From assembly GCA_965279515.1 (NCBI GenBank), contig CBDIID010000003.1:2400001-2464000 (forward strand): DNA of 64,000 bases. The letters run 5' to 3'. The stretch comes from Turneriella sp. (GTDB lineage: Bacteria; Spirochaetota; Leptospiria; Turneriellales; Turneriellaceae). The stretch's first letter is position 1; each line of letters opens with the position of its first letter. Positions 30,014 through 40,905 of this stretch are shown piece by piece. The position numbers and the translations under genes are program-made. Under the pieces are notes generated by a model. The model was not told the DNA's origin, did not search any database, and worked only from the letters and a program-made list of their open reading frames with translations.

Positions 30014-30966
30014 AGCTCGATTTCAAGACCCTCGTACGCCGCCGCGATCTGCAACGGGTGGTTGGGCGCCATCATGCTCTTGTACTTAATGGCCTGTAAG
30101 GTAAGGCTATCCATCTTGGCGTCGTCGTATGACGGGTCATGGTGGTAGAGAATCAGTTTTTTGACCTCGCTCTTAATCGCGATGTCTGTCGCAATCGCGG
30201 CAGATGAATGGCCCCAGTCAATTTTTTGCAGGCTCTCTTCAAAGGTGTATTGTGTATCGAACACGAGTACATCCGCGCCGAAGAAATAATCGATGTAGGG
30301 ACCGATGTCTTCGAGCGTCTCCAGGTTGAACTCGGCGTCAGAGCAGAAGATGAAAGTTTTGCCGTTAGGTTGTCTGAACTTATACGAATAACATCCGCCT
30401 GGGTGCCGTACGGATTTGGCCGAAATATTCAGGCCATAAACCTCGGCGCTTTCGGTTTCGGGAAAATGGTGAAAAATCTTTTTAGCGTTCAGCTCGTCGA
30501 ACGTTAAGGGAAAGTGCGTCGTCACCATCTGGTAGCGCAGGCGCTCCTCGATGTCGGGGAAGCATGAATAAAAATGAATCGTATTACCGGGAATAAAGAT
30601 CGGGATAAAAAACATCAGGCCCTGGATATGGTCCCAGTGCGAGTGTGTGAACAGGAAGGACATTTCATCCTTGCCGGTCAGCTTGCCGCGCGCCATCAGC
30701 GCGTTACCGAGAGTTCTTAAACCGGTACCGGCGTCGATGATGATCGTCTTATTCTCGCTTGTCTGGATCTCGATGCAGGTTGTGTTGCCGCCATAGGTAC
30801 CGCGCAGCGAGAGTGGCAGGTTTCCGAGAAAGTTTTCAATGGCTTCTTTGGATAACAGGTCGGCCGGGCTTGCCAGCTCCAGCACTTTGCGGATTTTTTC
30901 CTCAACCTGTTTGGCGGTAATCGCGGTCGCGAGCGAACCCCTGACCCCCCAAAAGCGGACGAACAT
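30010..30966 (-). CDS. MBL-fold metallo-hydrolase
   Basis: FWGVRGS, YGGNTTC, IDAGTG, THSHWDHIQG, WGHS, HHDP. Confidence 0.92.
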   Translation of the reverse strand: MFVRFWGVRGSLATAITAKQVEEKIRKVLELASPADLLSKEAIENFLGNLPLSLRGTYGGNTTCIEIQTSENKTIIIDAGTGLRTLGNALMARGKLTGKDEMSFLFTHSHWDHIQGLMFFIPIFIPGNTIHFYSCFPDIEERLRYQMVTTHFPLTFDELNAKKIFHHFPETESAEVYGLNISAKSVRHPGGCYSYKFRQPNGKTFIFCSDAEFNLETLEDIGPYIDYFFGADVLVFDTQYTFEESLQKIDWGHSSAAIATDIAIKSEVKKLILYHHDPSYDDAKMDSLTLQAIKYKSMMAPNHPLQIAAAYEGLEIEL

Positions 30967-31061
30967 TCTCCCTAAGTCTATTCGCCGTACGCGTCTGCAA
31001 TTAATTTACTAGGCGGCCCAAAGGCGGGCATTTTTTACGGGCAAATTGCTTTAAAGTGTTT

Positions 31062-31631
31062 TTAGGCGCAAGAATGCAATAAATCCCAGATTTGCATTGG
31101 CCCACAATCCGCTTTTGAAATAATTTGCACGCTTTGAAGGTATTCCAAGCCGTTCCCATCATTGCTTCTCGTTTGGCATAGGTAGTTAATGAAAAAATCC
31201 GGATATTGACGAACCCGACGACCATACCTAGCCATCCAGTACCGAGAATTGGGTGAATTGACCGAACGCAACAGATCCTCAAGCATGCGCGGCAAATAGA
31301 CCCGGATAGCTACATCCAGCATACGCGAGATCGATTCGCCGGAATGCAACGCGCGCTGCCAAAGGGCGGCATAGAGAACTTGATTGATGTAGAGCGGATG
31401 GATCTCGTAAGCCTTACCATCGGCATTATAACGGCGCAAGCTATTGGCCTTCTTTCCATGCCCGCGCCAGTTCTTCAGGAAGTCCTTGAAAAGGCGACGA
31501 TAGATTTCCTGTTCTGAGTAGCGAATACCATTGCGGGCAAAGACCTTGCGGGCGGCGCACATACGGCGGTATGATACTCCGGGGAGTGATATCGATGTTT
31601 TCTTGTTCTTCAGCGGATGAATTTCTTTCAT
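31062..31631 (-). CDS. Basic hypothetical protein, DUF1564-like (possible ribbon-helix-helix DNA binder)
   Basis: GAGG RBS before MKEIH; KTSISLP and LWQRALHSGESISRMLDVAIRVYL resemble RHH strand-helix-helix segments. Confidence 0.5.
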   Translation of the reverse strand: MKEIHPLKNKKTSISLPGVSYRRMCAARKVFARNGIRYSEQEIYRRLFKDFLKNWRGHGKKANSLRRYNADGKAYEIHPLYINQVLYAALWQRALHSGESISRMLDVAIRVYLPRMLEDLLRSVNSPNSRYWMARYGRRVRQYPDFFINYLCQTRSNDGNGLEYLQSVQIISKADCGPMQIWDLLHSCA

Positions 31632-31699
31632 AGAACCTCTATAATAGAAATACCCAAAAAGCCCGCATTTTTCTCGCCACTTTAAGACATTCTGCACGC

Positions 31700-32296
31700 T
31701 TGGCCGCCGTGGAAGAGCTCTTCAAACAAATCGCCATCACCTTTATCCCCATCTTTGTCGCGATGGATGCTGTGGGTATTTTGCCTATCTTCATCGGCAT
31801 GACGCGCAAGCAGAAAAAAAACGAGCGCCTGCGCATCGTGCGCCTGTCGATGCTCACGGCATTCATCCTCACTGCAATTTTTACCGTGCTCGGTAAGGCC
31901 ATCTTCCGCTTCATGGGCATCACCGTATTTGACTTCATGGTCGCAGGTGGCGTAATTCTATTTATCCTGGCGATTCTCGATGTCATGGGTGCGCGGCACA
32001 CAAGTGACGAAGAACCCGACACAATGGGGATTGTTCCCCTCGGGACGCCCATGGTCGCAGGTCCGGCCCTGATTACTACCTGCGTATTGATGGCGAACGA
32101 ATATGGCGTCATCATCACGCTCATTTCGCTGACGCTGAATATTCTCGCTGCGGGAATTATCTTCTCTTACGGGCAATTGCTTACAAAAGTTCTCGGTGAA
32201 TCAGGCTCGGCAGCGCTATCTAAAATAACCAGCTTGTTACTCGCATCCATCGCCGTGATGATGGTGCGGCGTGGCGTACTCTCGATGGTCTCTTAG
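31700..32296 (+). CDS. MarC-family membrane protein
   Basis: FVAMDAVG, FMVAGG, IVPLGTPMVAGPA, six TM. Confidence 0.9.
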   Translation: MAAVEELFKQIAITFIPIFVAMDAVGILPIFIGMTRKQKKNERLRIVRLSMLTAFILTAIFTVLGKAIFRFMGITVFDFMVAGGVILFILAILDVMGARHTSDEEPDTMGIVPLGTPMVAGPALITTCVLMANEYGVIITLISLTLNILAAGIIFSYGQLLTKVLGESGSAALSKITSLLLASIAVMMVRRGVLSMVS

Positions 32297-32337
32297 TGAA
32301 CTGATTGACAGCGCTGGCTGACGGTCTCTGATACGAC

Positions 32338-32829
32338 ATGCCATGGCGCCTGATGCAAGTTTTCTCGCTGGTGGGAGGTATCGCACTCACGATTCTTCTA
32401 TCGCGTTTTTTGCCTGACCGCGTCGCGATCCATTTTAATATTTCGGGTCAGCCTGACGGCTGGGCTTCCAATGGAATGAATACGGTTTTCTTTTCGGCGA
32501 CATTCCTGATTTTGAACGCCTTGTTCGCGGGGATAGCCCTGTTGATGAAAAAGATTCCCGTCTCGCTGATCAATATGCCGAACCGCGAGTACTGGTTTGC
32601 GCCCGAAAGGCGGGCTGCCAGCGCTTACGTATTGGGAACCTTTTTTGCCGAGCTGTGTTTTTTCCTGAACATCTTCCTGTCCGGCATTCTGCTCATGACC
32701 TTTTTTGCCAACCGCACTCAAGGCCAGCTACCGCCGGCTATTATGTTTAGCTGGTTGGGTGTTTTCCTGATCTTTGTTGTCCTGTGGATTGTGCATTTGC
32801 TCAAGGCATTCCGGTTACCAAAAGCCTAA
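32338..32829 (+). CDS. DUF1648-domain membrane protein
   Basis: LPDRVAIHFNISGQPDGW; INMPNREYW. Confidence 0.82.
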   Translation: MPWRLMQVFSLVGGIALTILLSRFLPDRVAIHFNISGQPDGWASNGMNTVFFSATFLILNALFAGIALLMKKIPVSLINMPNREYWFAPERRAASAYVLGTFFAELCFFLNIFLSGILLMTFFANRTQGQLPPAIMFSWLGVFLIFVVLWIVHLLKAFRLPKA

Positions 32830-32837
32830 GGAAAAAT

Positions 32838-34097
32838 ATGAATAAAAAATTACGCTATGTGCTGATCTTTCTCGCCGCTGCGGGTATTTCGATCTACGTG
32901 GGACGCGAGTATATCAAAGGGAAGTTGATCCATATTCTGGGCAGCGCCGATAAATACAAGGCAGAGGGAGATCCCAATGCGTTGCAGCCGAAATACACCG
33001 ACGCCGACGCGGCGCGCGAAAAAATCGAAATCAAACTGGTTCAGGTCGCGTCGGGTTTCACACAACCGACCGATATCCAGTTCTCACCCGTTGAGCCCGA
33101 CGTGGCACTTATCGCGGAAAAAACCGGCGCGCTCAAGTGGGTTAATCTCAACAGCAAGGCATCAGGCACCTTGTACAAATTCGCAGTCATTTTTGAAGCC
33201 GAAGAAGGGCTTCTGGGGATGGCATTCCATCCGCAATTTAAGACAAACGGTAAAATCTACTTCAACTATACGGTGAGCGAAAACGGCAACGATGTCAGCC
33301 GCATCGCCGAGTGGGTTGTGACTAAACCGACCGATCTCGCGCATGCAAAGCTCGAGAACGAACGCATACTCATGCGTGTAGTTCAGCCTTATGCAAACCA
33401 CAACGCGGGCCAGCTGCAATTCGGTCCCGACGGCATGCTCTACATTGGCTGGGGCGACGGCGGCTTCAAGGATGACCCCCAGGGAAACGGACAAAATACC
33501 AAAACACTGCTGGGCAACATGCTGCGTGTGAGCGTCGAGCCCGATACATCAGGGAAGCCTTATACAATCCCCGCGGACAATCCCTTTGTCGGCAACGCAG
33601 CCTATGCGCCGGAAACTTTTGCCTATGGCTTCCGCAACCCGTGGCGCTATAGTTTTGATCCCAAGGGCCGGCTGATCGTCGCCGACGTTGGACAAGATCT
33701 CTGGGAAGAAATCGACATCGTCGAGAAGGGCGGTAACTATGGCTGGAATATCCGCGAGGGTGCGCACTGCTTTGAACCGAAAGAAGGTTGCAGAACTGAA
33801 AATTTACGTGACCCGGTCTATGAATATGGCCGCAAAGAAGGGCAATCCCTGACCGGCGGCTATGTCTATACCGGCACGGCAATCGGCGCCCTGAAAGACA
33901 AATACGTCTTTGCGGATTTCGTGAGCGGACGCATTTGGGCCATCCAATTACCTGATTCCGCTCAGGGTAAAGCGGAGAAAGCCTACACGCTCGGGCAATG
34001 GCCCGTACTGATCTCTGCCTTCGGCAGGGACAGCGGCGGCAATCTTTATGCGGCAGATTTTGGCAGCGGAAAGATTTTGCGCCTCGCAGCGAAGTAA
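32838..34097 (+). CDS. PQQ-dependent glucose/sorbosone dehydrogenase family
   Basis: GLLGMAFHPQF, NHNAGQLQFGPDGMLY, YGFRNPWR, GGNYGW; start at MNKK. Confidence 0.9.
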   Translation: MNKKLRYVLIFLAAAGISIYVGREYIKGKLIHILGSADKYKAEGDPNALQPKYTDADAAREKIEIKLVQVASGFTQPTDIQFSPVEPDVALIAEKTGALKWVNLNSKASGTLYKFAVIFEAEEGLLGMAFHPQFKTNGKIYFNYTVSENGNDVSRIAEWVVTKPTDLAHAKLENERILMRVVQPYANHNAGQLQFGPDGMLYIGWGDGGFKDDPQGNGQNTKTLLGNMLRVSVEPDTSGKPYTIPADNPFVGNAAYAPETFAYGFRNPWRYSFDPKGRLIVADVGQDLWEEIDIVEKGGNYGWNIREGAHCFEPKEGCRTENLRDPVYEYGRKEGQSLTGGYVYTGTAIGALKDKYVFADFVSGRIWAIQLPDSAQGKAEKAYTLGQWPVLISAFGRDSGGNLYAADFGSGKILRLAAK

Positions 34098-34121
34098 TCT
34101 CGTTCGTGCCGGGGCGTCCGG

Positions 34122-34559
34122 TTAGTTATAAGTATATTCTTTGCTGCGGGCTAAAGTGGTGCCGAAATGGGAATTCCCGCTATCCAGTTTTTCTATGGTG
34201 TAGTACACCCTGAAAGGTAGGGCGGCCTTCCGTACACAACCGAGGATACAATTGTAAAAATTCCTGCCCGAATACGAATCGGTTTTTGTACCTGACGCGG
34301 GATTTAAATCAAATGCCACAGCCCATTCCGGAGAACCCTGATTCGTATCGTAGAGCAGTACCTGCATGACGTATCTTTTCGCAGCATCGTAATTCTCGAT
34401 TTTCCAGGAATATGAGACCGATAGGGTGCTGTTATCGTCGACGTTAGAGAGCTCGGCCGGGGTCGTGGCGCTGATAGTTAAATCCGCTTTGGGCACCTCG
34501 GGTATCGACAAAGCGCATCCAGACAAAAAAGCCACAGAAAGAACCCAAAGGACTCTCAT
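34122..34559 (-). CDS. Putative lipoprotein
   Basis: AGGAGG RBS; MRVLWVLSVAFLSG-C lipobox. Confidence 0.7.
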   Translation of the reverse strand: MRVLWVLSVAFLSGCALSIPEVPKADLTISATTPAELSNVDDNSTLSVSYSWKIENYDAAKRYVMQVLLYDTNQGSPEWAVAFDLNPASGTKTDSYSGRNFYNCILGCVRKAALPFRVYYTIEKLDSGNSHFGTTLARSKEYTYN

Positions 34560-34584
34560 ACAACCTCCTGATAGCTGAACCGGC

Positions 34585-35241
34585 TCAAAATGCATACCCC
34601 AGGGACACCTCAAAGTCAATGCGGAGTATATTGTCGAAGAATTTGCTAAACGCGTCCCGGTTCGCCGCGAAATCTTCGGTGCTGTACTTATAGTTGGAAA
34701 TAACAGGACCGGCGCCCATGCGCAGCGTCAGCGCAATACCCGGATACCAGATAAACCGGTGGCCGACATTCAGGCCGATAATCAGATACGAAGTTGTGAA
34801 TCCCATTTGAGGCTGGCCGATCGTTGAGTTAAAAAGTACGGCCGCATTGCTTACCTGGTAGATCGTCCCGGCGACACTCCCATATTTCAAAAATGCCCCC
34901 AGGAAAAGTGAATTGAGGCCTTTCCAAAAATGAAAACGATATTGGGCGCCCAGGGTATATCCATCGTGGGTTCTCCAATCTGTGCCATTGATTTTCAGGC
35001 GGTAAGCACCGACCTTTCCCACCTCAACGACTAACCCATGCCGGTCGCCGACCAGGCGCTCGAAATTAAAGAAAAAAGAACTAAAAAAAGCATCAGGTAT
35101 CCGGAAACTGATAACGTTGCGTTCCGGCTCTCGCTGAGGCTTCGCTACGGAGGGTTCTGCAGCATTCACCGCAAAAAAGCTGAGCATACCGGTCATCAAG
35201 GCCAGAAAAAGCACTCTGCCTGTTGAGTTTTTCTGACGCAC
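34585..35241 (-). CDS. Putative outer-membrane beta-barrel (DUF3575-like)
   Basis: Signal peptide, amphipathic strands, terminal VSLGYAF. Confidence 0.65.
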   Translation of the reverse strand: MRQKNSTGRVLFLALMTGMLSFFAVNAAEPSVAKPQREPERNVISFRIPDAFFSSFFFNFERLVGDRHGLVVEVGKVGAYRLKINGTDWRTHDGYTLGAQYRFHFWKGLNSLFLGAFLKYGSVAGTIYQVSNAAVLFNSTIGQPQMGFTTSYLIIGLNVGHRFIWYPGIALTLRMGAGPVISNYKYSTEDFAANRDAFSKFFDNILRIDFEVSLGYAF

Positions 35242-35339
35242 CCGGGCCGGATATGGCGCGGGGGGTATCCTCTGTCAAGACAATGAAGATGCATAAAACT
35301 TGACGGAAGCTTACCAACAAACAATCTGCTGGCAGCGGA

Positions 35340-36110
35340 ATGAGAATCCAGTACGCCTCTGATCTGCATCTCGAATTTCCACGTAACCGGGAGTACCTCG
35401 ACAAGAACCCTCTGATTCCCAAGGGGGATGTCCTCATTCTCGCCGGCGATATCGTCACCGACAAGCAGCGCGATAAAATCGAGCCGCTCTACGCGAAATG
35501 GCGGAAGGAATTCCGCTATGTCATCTCAATCCCAGGCAACCACGAATTCTATGGCGGCGACGTCATGTACTGCTACCCGAATTACCGCAGCGAGCTCGCG
35601 GAAAATCATATACTTGCGAATAATGAAACCATCGTGTTTGAGAATGTGCGCTTCATCGTCAGTATCCTGTGGACGCATATGCCTGAATCAAAGATGGCGC
35701 GGCTCGAAAAGGCTTCGAATGACTACCGCTTAATTCAGTATTATAAAGACGACAATATGCAGCGCAAGATCACAGGCGAAGCAGTCAACGAGTTCCATGC
35801 CCTTTCCCGTCACTTTCTCGAGTCCGAGCTTGCAAAACCTTTCGCAGGCAAGACCGTCGTCGTCACCCACCACCTGCCCAGCTATGCGCTGATGGGTTTT
35901 GCCGCCTATTCAGACGTACTCAAATATTACTGCGCGTCGAACCTCAACAAAGTCATTAAAGAGCATGATATTGATCATTGGATCTTTGGCCATTGGCACC
36001 AGAGTGTCCACAAGCGAATGTTCAATACCACGTTTGTCTCCAATCCACTGGGCTATATGACAGAAGATCAGTACCGGGAATTTTCTCCCACAGCGCATTT
36101 CGAAATTTAA
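35340..36110 (+). CDS. Calcineurin-like metallophosphoesterase
   Basis: SDLH, AGD, PGNHEFY, VTHHLP, FGHWH. Confidence 0.92.
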   Translation: MRIQYASDLHLEFPRNREYLDKNPLIPKGDVLILAGDIVTDKQRDKIEPLYAKWRKEFRYVISIPGNHEFYGGDVMYCYPNYRSELAENHILANNETIVFENVRFIVSILWTHMPESKMARLEKASNDYRLIQYYKDDNMQRKITGEAVNEFHALSRHFLESELAKPFAGKTVVVTHHLPSYALMGFAAYSDVLKYYCASNLNKVIKEHDIDHWIFGHWHQSVHKRMFNTTFVSNPLGYMTEDQYREFSPTAHFEI

Positions 36111-36196
36111 CTGGGCCACGCGCTAACAAAAAAAGAGCACTTCAGGCGCCCAGGATGACTCTCCCCTATGACGGCAAAAATGCCAAGGAGAGATTC

Positions 36197-36676
36197 ATGA
36201 AGAAGATATTTTTTATACTGGCTGCACTGACATGTGCTTTTTTTATCGGATGCCAAAACACGACGGAAGCCGACGGCGGTAAGGATTCGGGTAAAGGACA
36301 GAACCCGTCGGATTTACCCGCCAATACGATCAGCTTCAAGTTTAACGGCAACCAGGTTACGATTTCAAACTCTGTTTACACAGTCGGGGGTGGGGCAACC
36401 GTCATGGGAAAAGAGCTACAGGGAGAGTATATCCAAGCTGCGACACCGACAGTGTTAACCGGCACGTATGACAAAAACACTAACCCAAAGTTTTCCATGT
36501 TCTATGCGGAAAACGGTACCGCATACCTGAGCGATGTGGGCGCCGCAAATATGACATTTAATGTCACAGTAACCGCCACTGAAGTCACGGGAACTTTCTC
36601 GGGCACTTTGCGTAAAAACACCGCCCCGAACGACATCCTTCCGGTCACAGACGGGACATTCCGCGTAACCAAATAA
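36197..36676 (+). CDS. Putative lipoprotein
   Basis: AAGGAG RBS; MKKIFFILAALTCAFFIG-C. Confidence 0.72.
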   Translation: MKKIFFILAALTCAFFIGCQNTTEADGGKDSGKGQNPSDLPANTISFKFNGNQVTISNSVYTVGGGATVMGKELQGEYIQAATPTVLTGTYDKNTNPKFSMFYAENGTAYLSDVGAANMTFNVTVTATEVTGTFSGTLRKNTAPNDILPVTDGTFRVTK

Positions 36677-36700
36677 GGGTTAAATGCTGATTCGGGGATT

Positions 36701-37546
36701 TTATGGAACTGTACTCCAGGCGGAAATCGCTGTTGTATAATTCGTCAGGGCACCGCTCGCCACAAGATCCCCGGAATTATAGACACCGCCGCCATCGGTA
36801 TCAATCCAGCAGGCATACCCCAGCAGGCTCGCCGTCGTTAGGGTGACGCGCGGCGTTGTTACCGCCGTCGTATTGCCACCCGCATAAGGTAAAATGCCCT
36901 GGGAAAACCCGAGAGTTGAACTTGTGTAGATGGTGGGGTTTGAGATGCCGCCATCCACAATACTACAGTAGGTATTCCGGTTAACGCCGTTCAGTCCCGT
37001 CCCTGAAATATTGAAAGTGACTTGCGATGTTGTATTCATCGCGGTCACGGAAAATGTAGCGTTACCAGAGGCCAATGTCACGGTAAAATCCATACCTAAT
37101 CCGGCATCGGAAAGGAACCCCGGACTCGCGGGGCATCCGGCGGGAGATACCAGGTTGGCCGAACCCGTATTATCCACGCGGTAGTGCAGGCTGTAAGTCC
37201 CGACGGCGCCGTCGTTGAAGAGTTGATTCGTAATACAATTGCTGGCGTCGACCTTATAGCTCCTCGCATAATACTGCCCGTTTGCATCCAGCGTCGTATT
37301 GGAGAGCACAGCGCCCTTCAGCACGCCGCCCATAAAGACATAGGCCGAAAATTTTTTATTCGCCTGCGCCGGCAGGTTGATATTAAAATTGATATTGGAA
37401 AGATTCCCGGTAGGAGTACTAAACTCTGAAAAACTATTATTACTGGAGCAGGCAGCGCAGATCGGCGCTAAAAAGAACAGCTTGAGACTCAAGCGCAACA
37501 GTGCCCCACCCACGGCCTGAAATCCTCCGGAGCAGTGCAGCGCCAA
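36701..37546 (-). CDS. Putative Thr/Ser/Asn-rich lipoprotein (start uncertain)
   Basis: LFFLAPICAA-C lipobox-like; beta-rich with paired Cys; DTDGGGVYNSGD possible Ca-binding loop. Confidence 0.62.
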   Translation of the reverse strand: MALHCSGGFQAVGGALLRLSLKLFFLAPICAACSSNNSFSEFSTPTGNLSNINFNINLPAQANKKFSAYVFMGGVLKGAVLSNTTLDANGQYYARSYKVDASNCITNQLFNDGAVGTYSLHYRVDNTGSANLVSPAGCPASPGFLSDAGLGMDFTVTLASGNATFSVTAMNTTSQVTFNISGTGLNGVNRNTYCSIVDGGISNPTIYTSSTLGFSQGILPYAGGNTTAVTTPRVTLTTASLLGYACWIDTDGGGVYNSGDLVASGALTNYTTAISAWSTVP

Positions 37547-37639
37547 CCATTATCTAAAAATGCCTGCATGCTTCAATCTTCACACTCTCGCAACAAGCTA
37601 ATACTTGACCTTTAGAGAGAAAATCTGGTTTCAGGGCAA

Positions 37640-39604
37640 ATGTTCACACGTTACGCAATTCTGGGCACGCTGCTGCTCACCCCGCTCGTTCACAGCGAGA
37701 CAACGGATAATCTTCAGGTACTCAAATCGGTTAAGAATGCCGTCTATGAAGTGGTCCTCAAGAAGCCCGAAACCGATACCTTATCCTATGCTGAAAAACT
37801 CCCCCATGAGCTTTTGTCGTTCCAGCAGCGTAACGATAAATATTATTCTATCGGCTCTGCCTTCCCGATTAACGAAACGGAGATGATCACGGCCTGGCAC
37901 GTCATTGTTCCCGGCAGCGGCGGTCTCAGCAACGGTTATGCAATACGTGACGCCGAAGGGAAAATTTATGAAATCGACAAGATCACCGGATTTTCAAACC
38001 GAAAAGATTACCTGATTTTTACGCTGAAAGACAAAAAATTCAAGACCTGGCTGAAACCGGCGGCGAAACGGGAAGTGCAGCAGAAAATCTTCGCCATCGG
38101 CAATGCCCTGGGCGAAGGCATTATCGCCCGCGACGGTATCTTCACATCCGAAACGCCGGAAACGTACGAAGGTAAATGGAATTACATTCGCTTTACGGCG
38201 GCCGCATCGCCAGGCAACAGCGGCGGCCCGCTCGTTGACGCGAAGGGAAATTTTCTTGGCATCGTGCTGCGAAAAAGCGAGAACGAGAATCTTAACTACG
38301 CGCTGCCGTCAGAGATTTTCATCAATACGAAACGCGAGGGCAAAATCCAGTATAATCTCGCGTACCGGTTTACCAATACCATCCTGCGCGACCGCTCAGA
38401 TTATGCCAGGGATTATTCCGTTCCGGCATCGTTTGCGGAAATCGACGCCAAACTGATCAAGGCAAATACAGAACTTTCGCAGAATCTGGTGAAGAATTTC
38501 TTTAACAACCATAAGAAAGATTATTTTCCATACGGGCCCGGCGGGATAAAAATCCTGAATAATGCGGGCAACAGCCTTTTTCCCATGATGGTCGCACAGA
38601 CAGACGACGGGGTCTGGAGTCATTTTGAGCCAGAAAAAAAGGAGCGGGTGGAAACGGAAGATAACGGCCTCATTGTCTACGGTTCGCTCCGGGGTGTTTA
38701 CGTGCAGTATATGCGCACCCCGCGTAAAATCAAACCCGCACAGCTGATGGCAGATCAGAAACAATTTCTCGACCTGTCGCTGAAACATGTGCGCATTGAG
38801 AGAAAATTTGCGGGGCAGAAAATCCGCGTCACGTCATTCGGGCAGCCGGCAAAGTCTTACACCCATGCGGATCGCTACTCGCGCAAATGGCAGATCTCCG
38901 AATATCCGATTCACTACGCCGATGAAAAGATGATCACTTATTCGTCTATGGTGCCCGACGGCATTGTCACCCTGATTGTGCGGGATAGTACCGGAAAGAT
39001 CGATATGGATCTGCGTTTTGATATGCTCGAATTGCTGAATTATATGACATTCAGCTACTACGGCCGGCTTTCAGACTGGAAGGATTTTTACCAAAGCACC
39101 AACTATATCCCCGATGAATTCAAAACACACCGCCTCGAATTTAACGACGGCAAAGAGCTGAAATTGCAGACACGCGAGATCAGTTCGACCCTTAGCGGCA
39201 ATGACTTTAAGCTCAGCGCCGATAGCGACATGCGTATGGATTTCGGTTTTACGCTAAACGGCAGCGAACTCCGGTATGTGCATATGGATACGATGTTCGG
39301 TGAGAACGTCAATACCAGCACCTCGCTTTCTGTTTTCCGGGTTTCGAAACCAGCAGCCGAATTGCCCGAAGCCATTCACCATGGCTGGGGAAATATCATC
39401 AACCAACGCTTACCGTTTGACCGTTCGGTCAGGTATTCCGATGGTAAATCCAGTCTGAACCTGGTAACGCCGGCGCTGTTTCTTAAAAAAGGCAATGATG
39501 TGGATACAGCCTTTTACCTGCGTTATGTCATCGACGGAAAAGCAGAGGATGCGATTTTAAAAACAAAAGTCGAAAGAATCTCGACCGGAATTAAACTCAA
39601 CTGA
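37640..39604 (+). CDS. Secreted trypsin-like serine protease with long C-terminal extension
   Basis: GSAF, ITAWHV, KDY, ASPGNSGGP. Confidence 0.82.
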   Translation: MFTRYAILGTLLLTPLVHSETTDNLQVLKSVKNAVYEVVLKKPETDTLSYAEKLPHELLSFQQRNDKYYSIGSAFPINETEMITAWHVIVPGSGGLSNGYAIRDAEGKIYEIDKITGFSNRKDYLIFTLKDKKFKTWLKPAAKREVQQKIFAIGNALGEGIIARDGIFTSETPETYEGKWNYIRFTAAASPGNSGGPLVDAKGNFLGIVLRKSENENLNYALPSEIFINTKREGKIQYNLAYRFTNTILRDRSDYARDYSVPASFAEIDAKLIKANTELSQNLVKNFFNNHKKDYFPYGPGGIKILNNAGNSLFPMMVAQTDDGVWSHFEPEKKERVETEDNGLIVYGSLRGVYVQYMRTPRKIKPAQLMADQKQFLDLSLKHVRIERKFAGQKIRVTSFGQPAKSYTHADRYSRKWQISEYPIHYADEKMITYSSMVPDGIVTLIVRDSTGKIDMDLRFDMLELLNYMTFSYYGRLSDWKDFYQSTNYIPDEFKTHRLEFNDGKELKLQTREISSTLSGNDFKLSADSDMRMDFGFTLNGSELRYVHMDTMFGENVNTSTSLSVFRVSKPAAELPEAIHHGWGNIINQRLPFDRSVRYSDGKSSLNLVTPALFLKKGNDVDTAFYLRYVIDGKAEDAILKTKVERISTGIKLN

Positions 39605-39612
39605 AACCGGGG

Positions 39613-40749
39613 TCACTGCTTCTGCAGTGACTTCTCGAGAATGGCGATTTCTTCCATCAGCCGCGGCACAATTTCCGCTTCAGAAATTTTACCCTTGCTC
39701 TCGCCCTTGACATAGAGAATCGCCGAACCCGCGCCGGCAGAGATGCCGATGTCGGCTTCTTTGCTCTCACCCGGGCCGTTGACGAGACAACCCATCACCG
39801 CCACCTTGAGTGGCGTCTTGATGTGCGCTACCGCCTCTTCGACTTCTTTCGCAATGCGGAAAAGATCCACTTCGAGGCGGCCGCAGGTCGGGCATGAGAT
39901 CAGTGTTACGCCAAAGCTCACGAGACCCAGCGACTTCAGAATCTCTCGGCCGACTTTGACTTCTTCGGCGCCGTCGGTGGTAAGGCTCACGCGTATCGTG
40001 TCACCTATACCCTCAGAGAGCAATCCACCAATGCCGATCGAAGATTTGATCGTGCCCTGCCAGCTTGTACCGGCTTCGGTAACGCCGAGGTGAAACGGAT
40101 AGTCGCACATCTTCGCGAGCTTGCGGTAAGCCTCCATCATCATAAAAACATCGCTCGACTTCAGTGAAACGATGACGTCGTCAAAATTATGTTCGTTACA
40201 GATGGCGATGTGCCTCAGCGCCGACTCGACCATACCGTCCGAAGTGGGATATCCCACTTTGCGCAAAATATCTTTTTCGAGTGAGCCGGCGTTCACGCCG
40301 ATACGGATCGGGATGCCGTTGTCTTTGCAGGCGCGCAGCACTTCGGAAACTTTTTCTTTGTTGCCGATGTTGCCGGGGTTGATGCGGATTTTATCGACGC
40401 CGCTCTTCACAGCAATGAGCGCGAGTTTGTGCTGGAAGTGGATATCGGCGACGAGGGGAATGTGGATGTTTTTTTTGATCTGCGCGAGTGCGAGCGCGGC
40501 ATCTTCATCGTTCGCCGTGCAGCGGACGATCTGGCAGCCGGCTTCTTCATAGCGCAGAATCTGTTCGACCGTCGCCTTCCAGTCGGCGGTCTTTGTTTTG
40601 GTCATCGACTGCACGGGTACGGGGTGTCCCGAACCGATCGGCACACCCGCCATCATCACGGTGCGGGTTTTGCGGCGTTCGATTTTGTCGTGCACGGTGG
40701 CGTCGCCGATTTCGGCGGGCGTTTTCTCCGGCAGCTCTGGGGCAGTCAT
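39613..40749 (-). CDS. ispG: HMBPP synthase
   Basis: [53 protein letters not shown]. Confidence 0.97.
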   Translation of the reverse strand: MTAPELPEKTPAEIGDATVHDKIERRKTRTVMMAGVPIGSGHPVPVQSMTKTKTADWKATVEQILRYEEAGCQIVRCTANDEDAALALAQIKKNIHIPLVADIHFQHKLALIAVKSGVDKIRINPGNIGNKEKVSEVLRACKDNGIPIRIGVNAGSLEKDILRKVGYPTSDGMVESALRHIAICNEHNFDDVIVSLKSSDVFMMMEAYRKLAKMCDYPFHLGVTEAGTSWQGTIKSSIGIGGLLSEGIGDTIRVSLTTDGAEEVKVGREILKSLGLVSFGVTLISCPTCGRLEVDLFRIAKEVEEAVAHIKTPLKVAVMGCLVNGPGESKEADIGISAGAGSAILYVKGESKGKISEAEIVPRLMEEIAILEKSLQKQ

Positions 40750-40905
40750 GCACCCTCGTCAGATGCTCAAATCAGGTTGAAAAGAGCTTTCCTGCATTGT
40801 TTTCAACTCGAAAAAGGGGTATGTTGGTTCCGCAGCTGTTTCCCTGAAAATTAACCGTGGCTTGAATTCAATTCACCCCCTGTCAGGTGATCAAATTCCG
40901 GCTGC

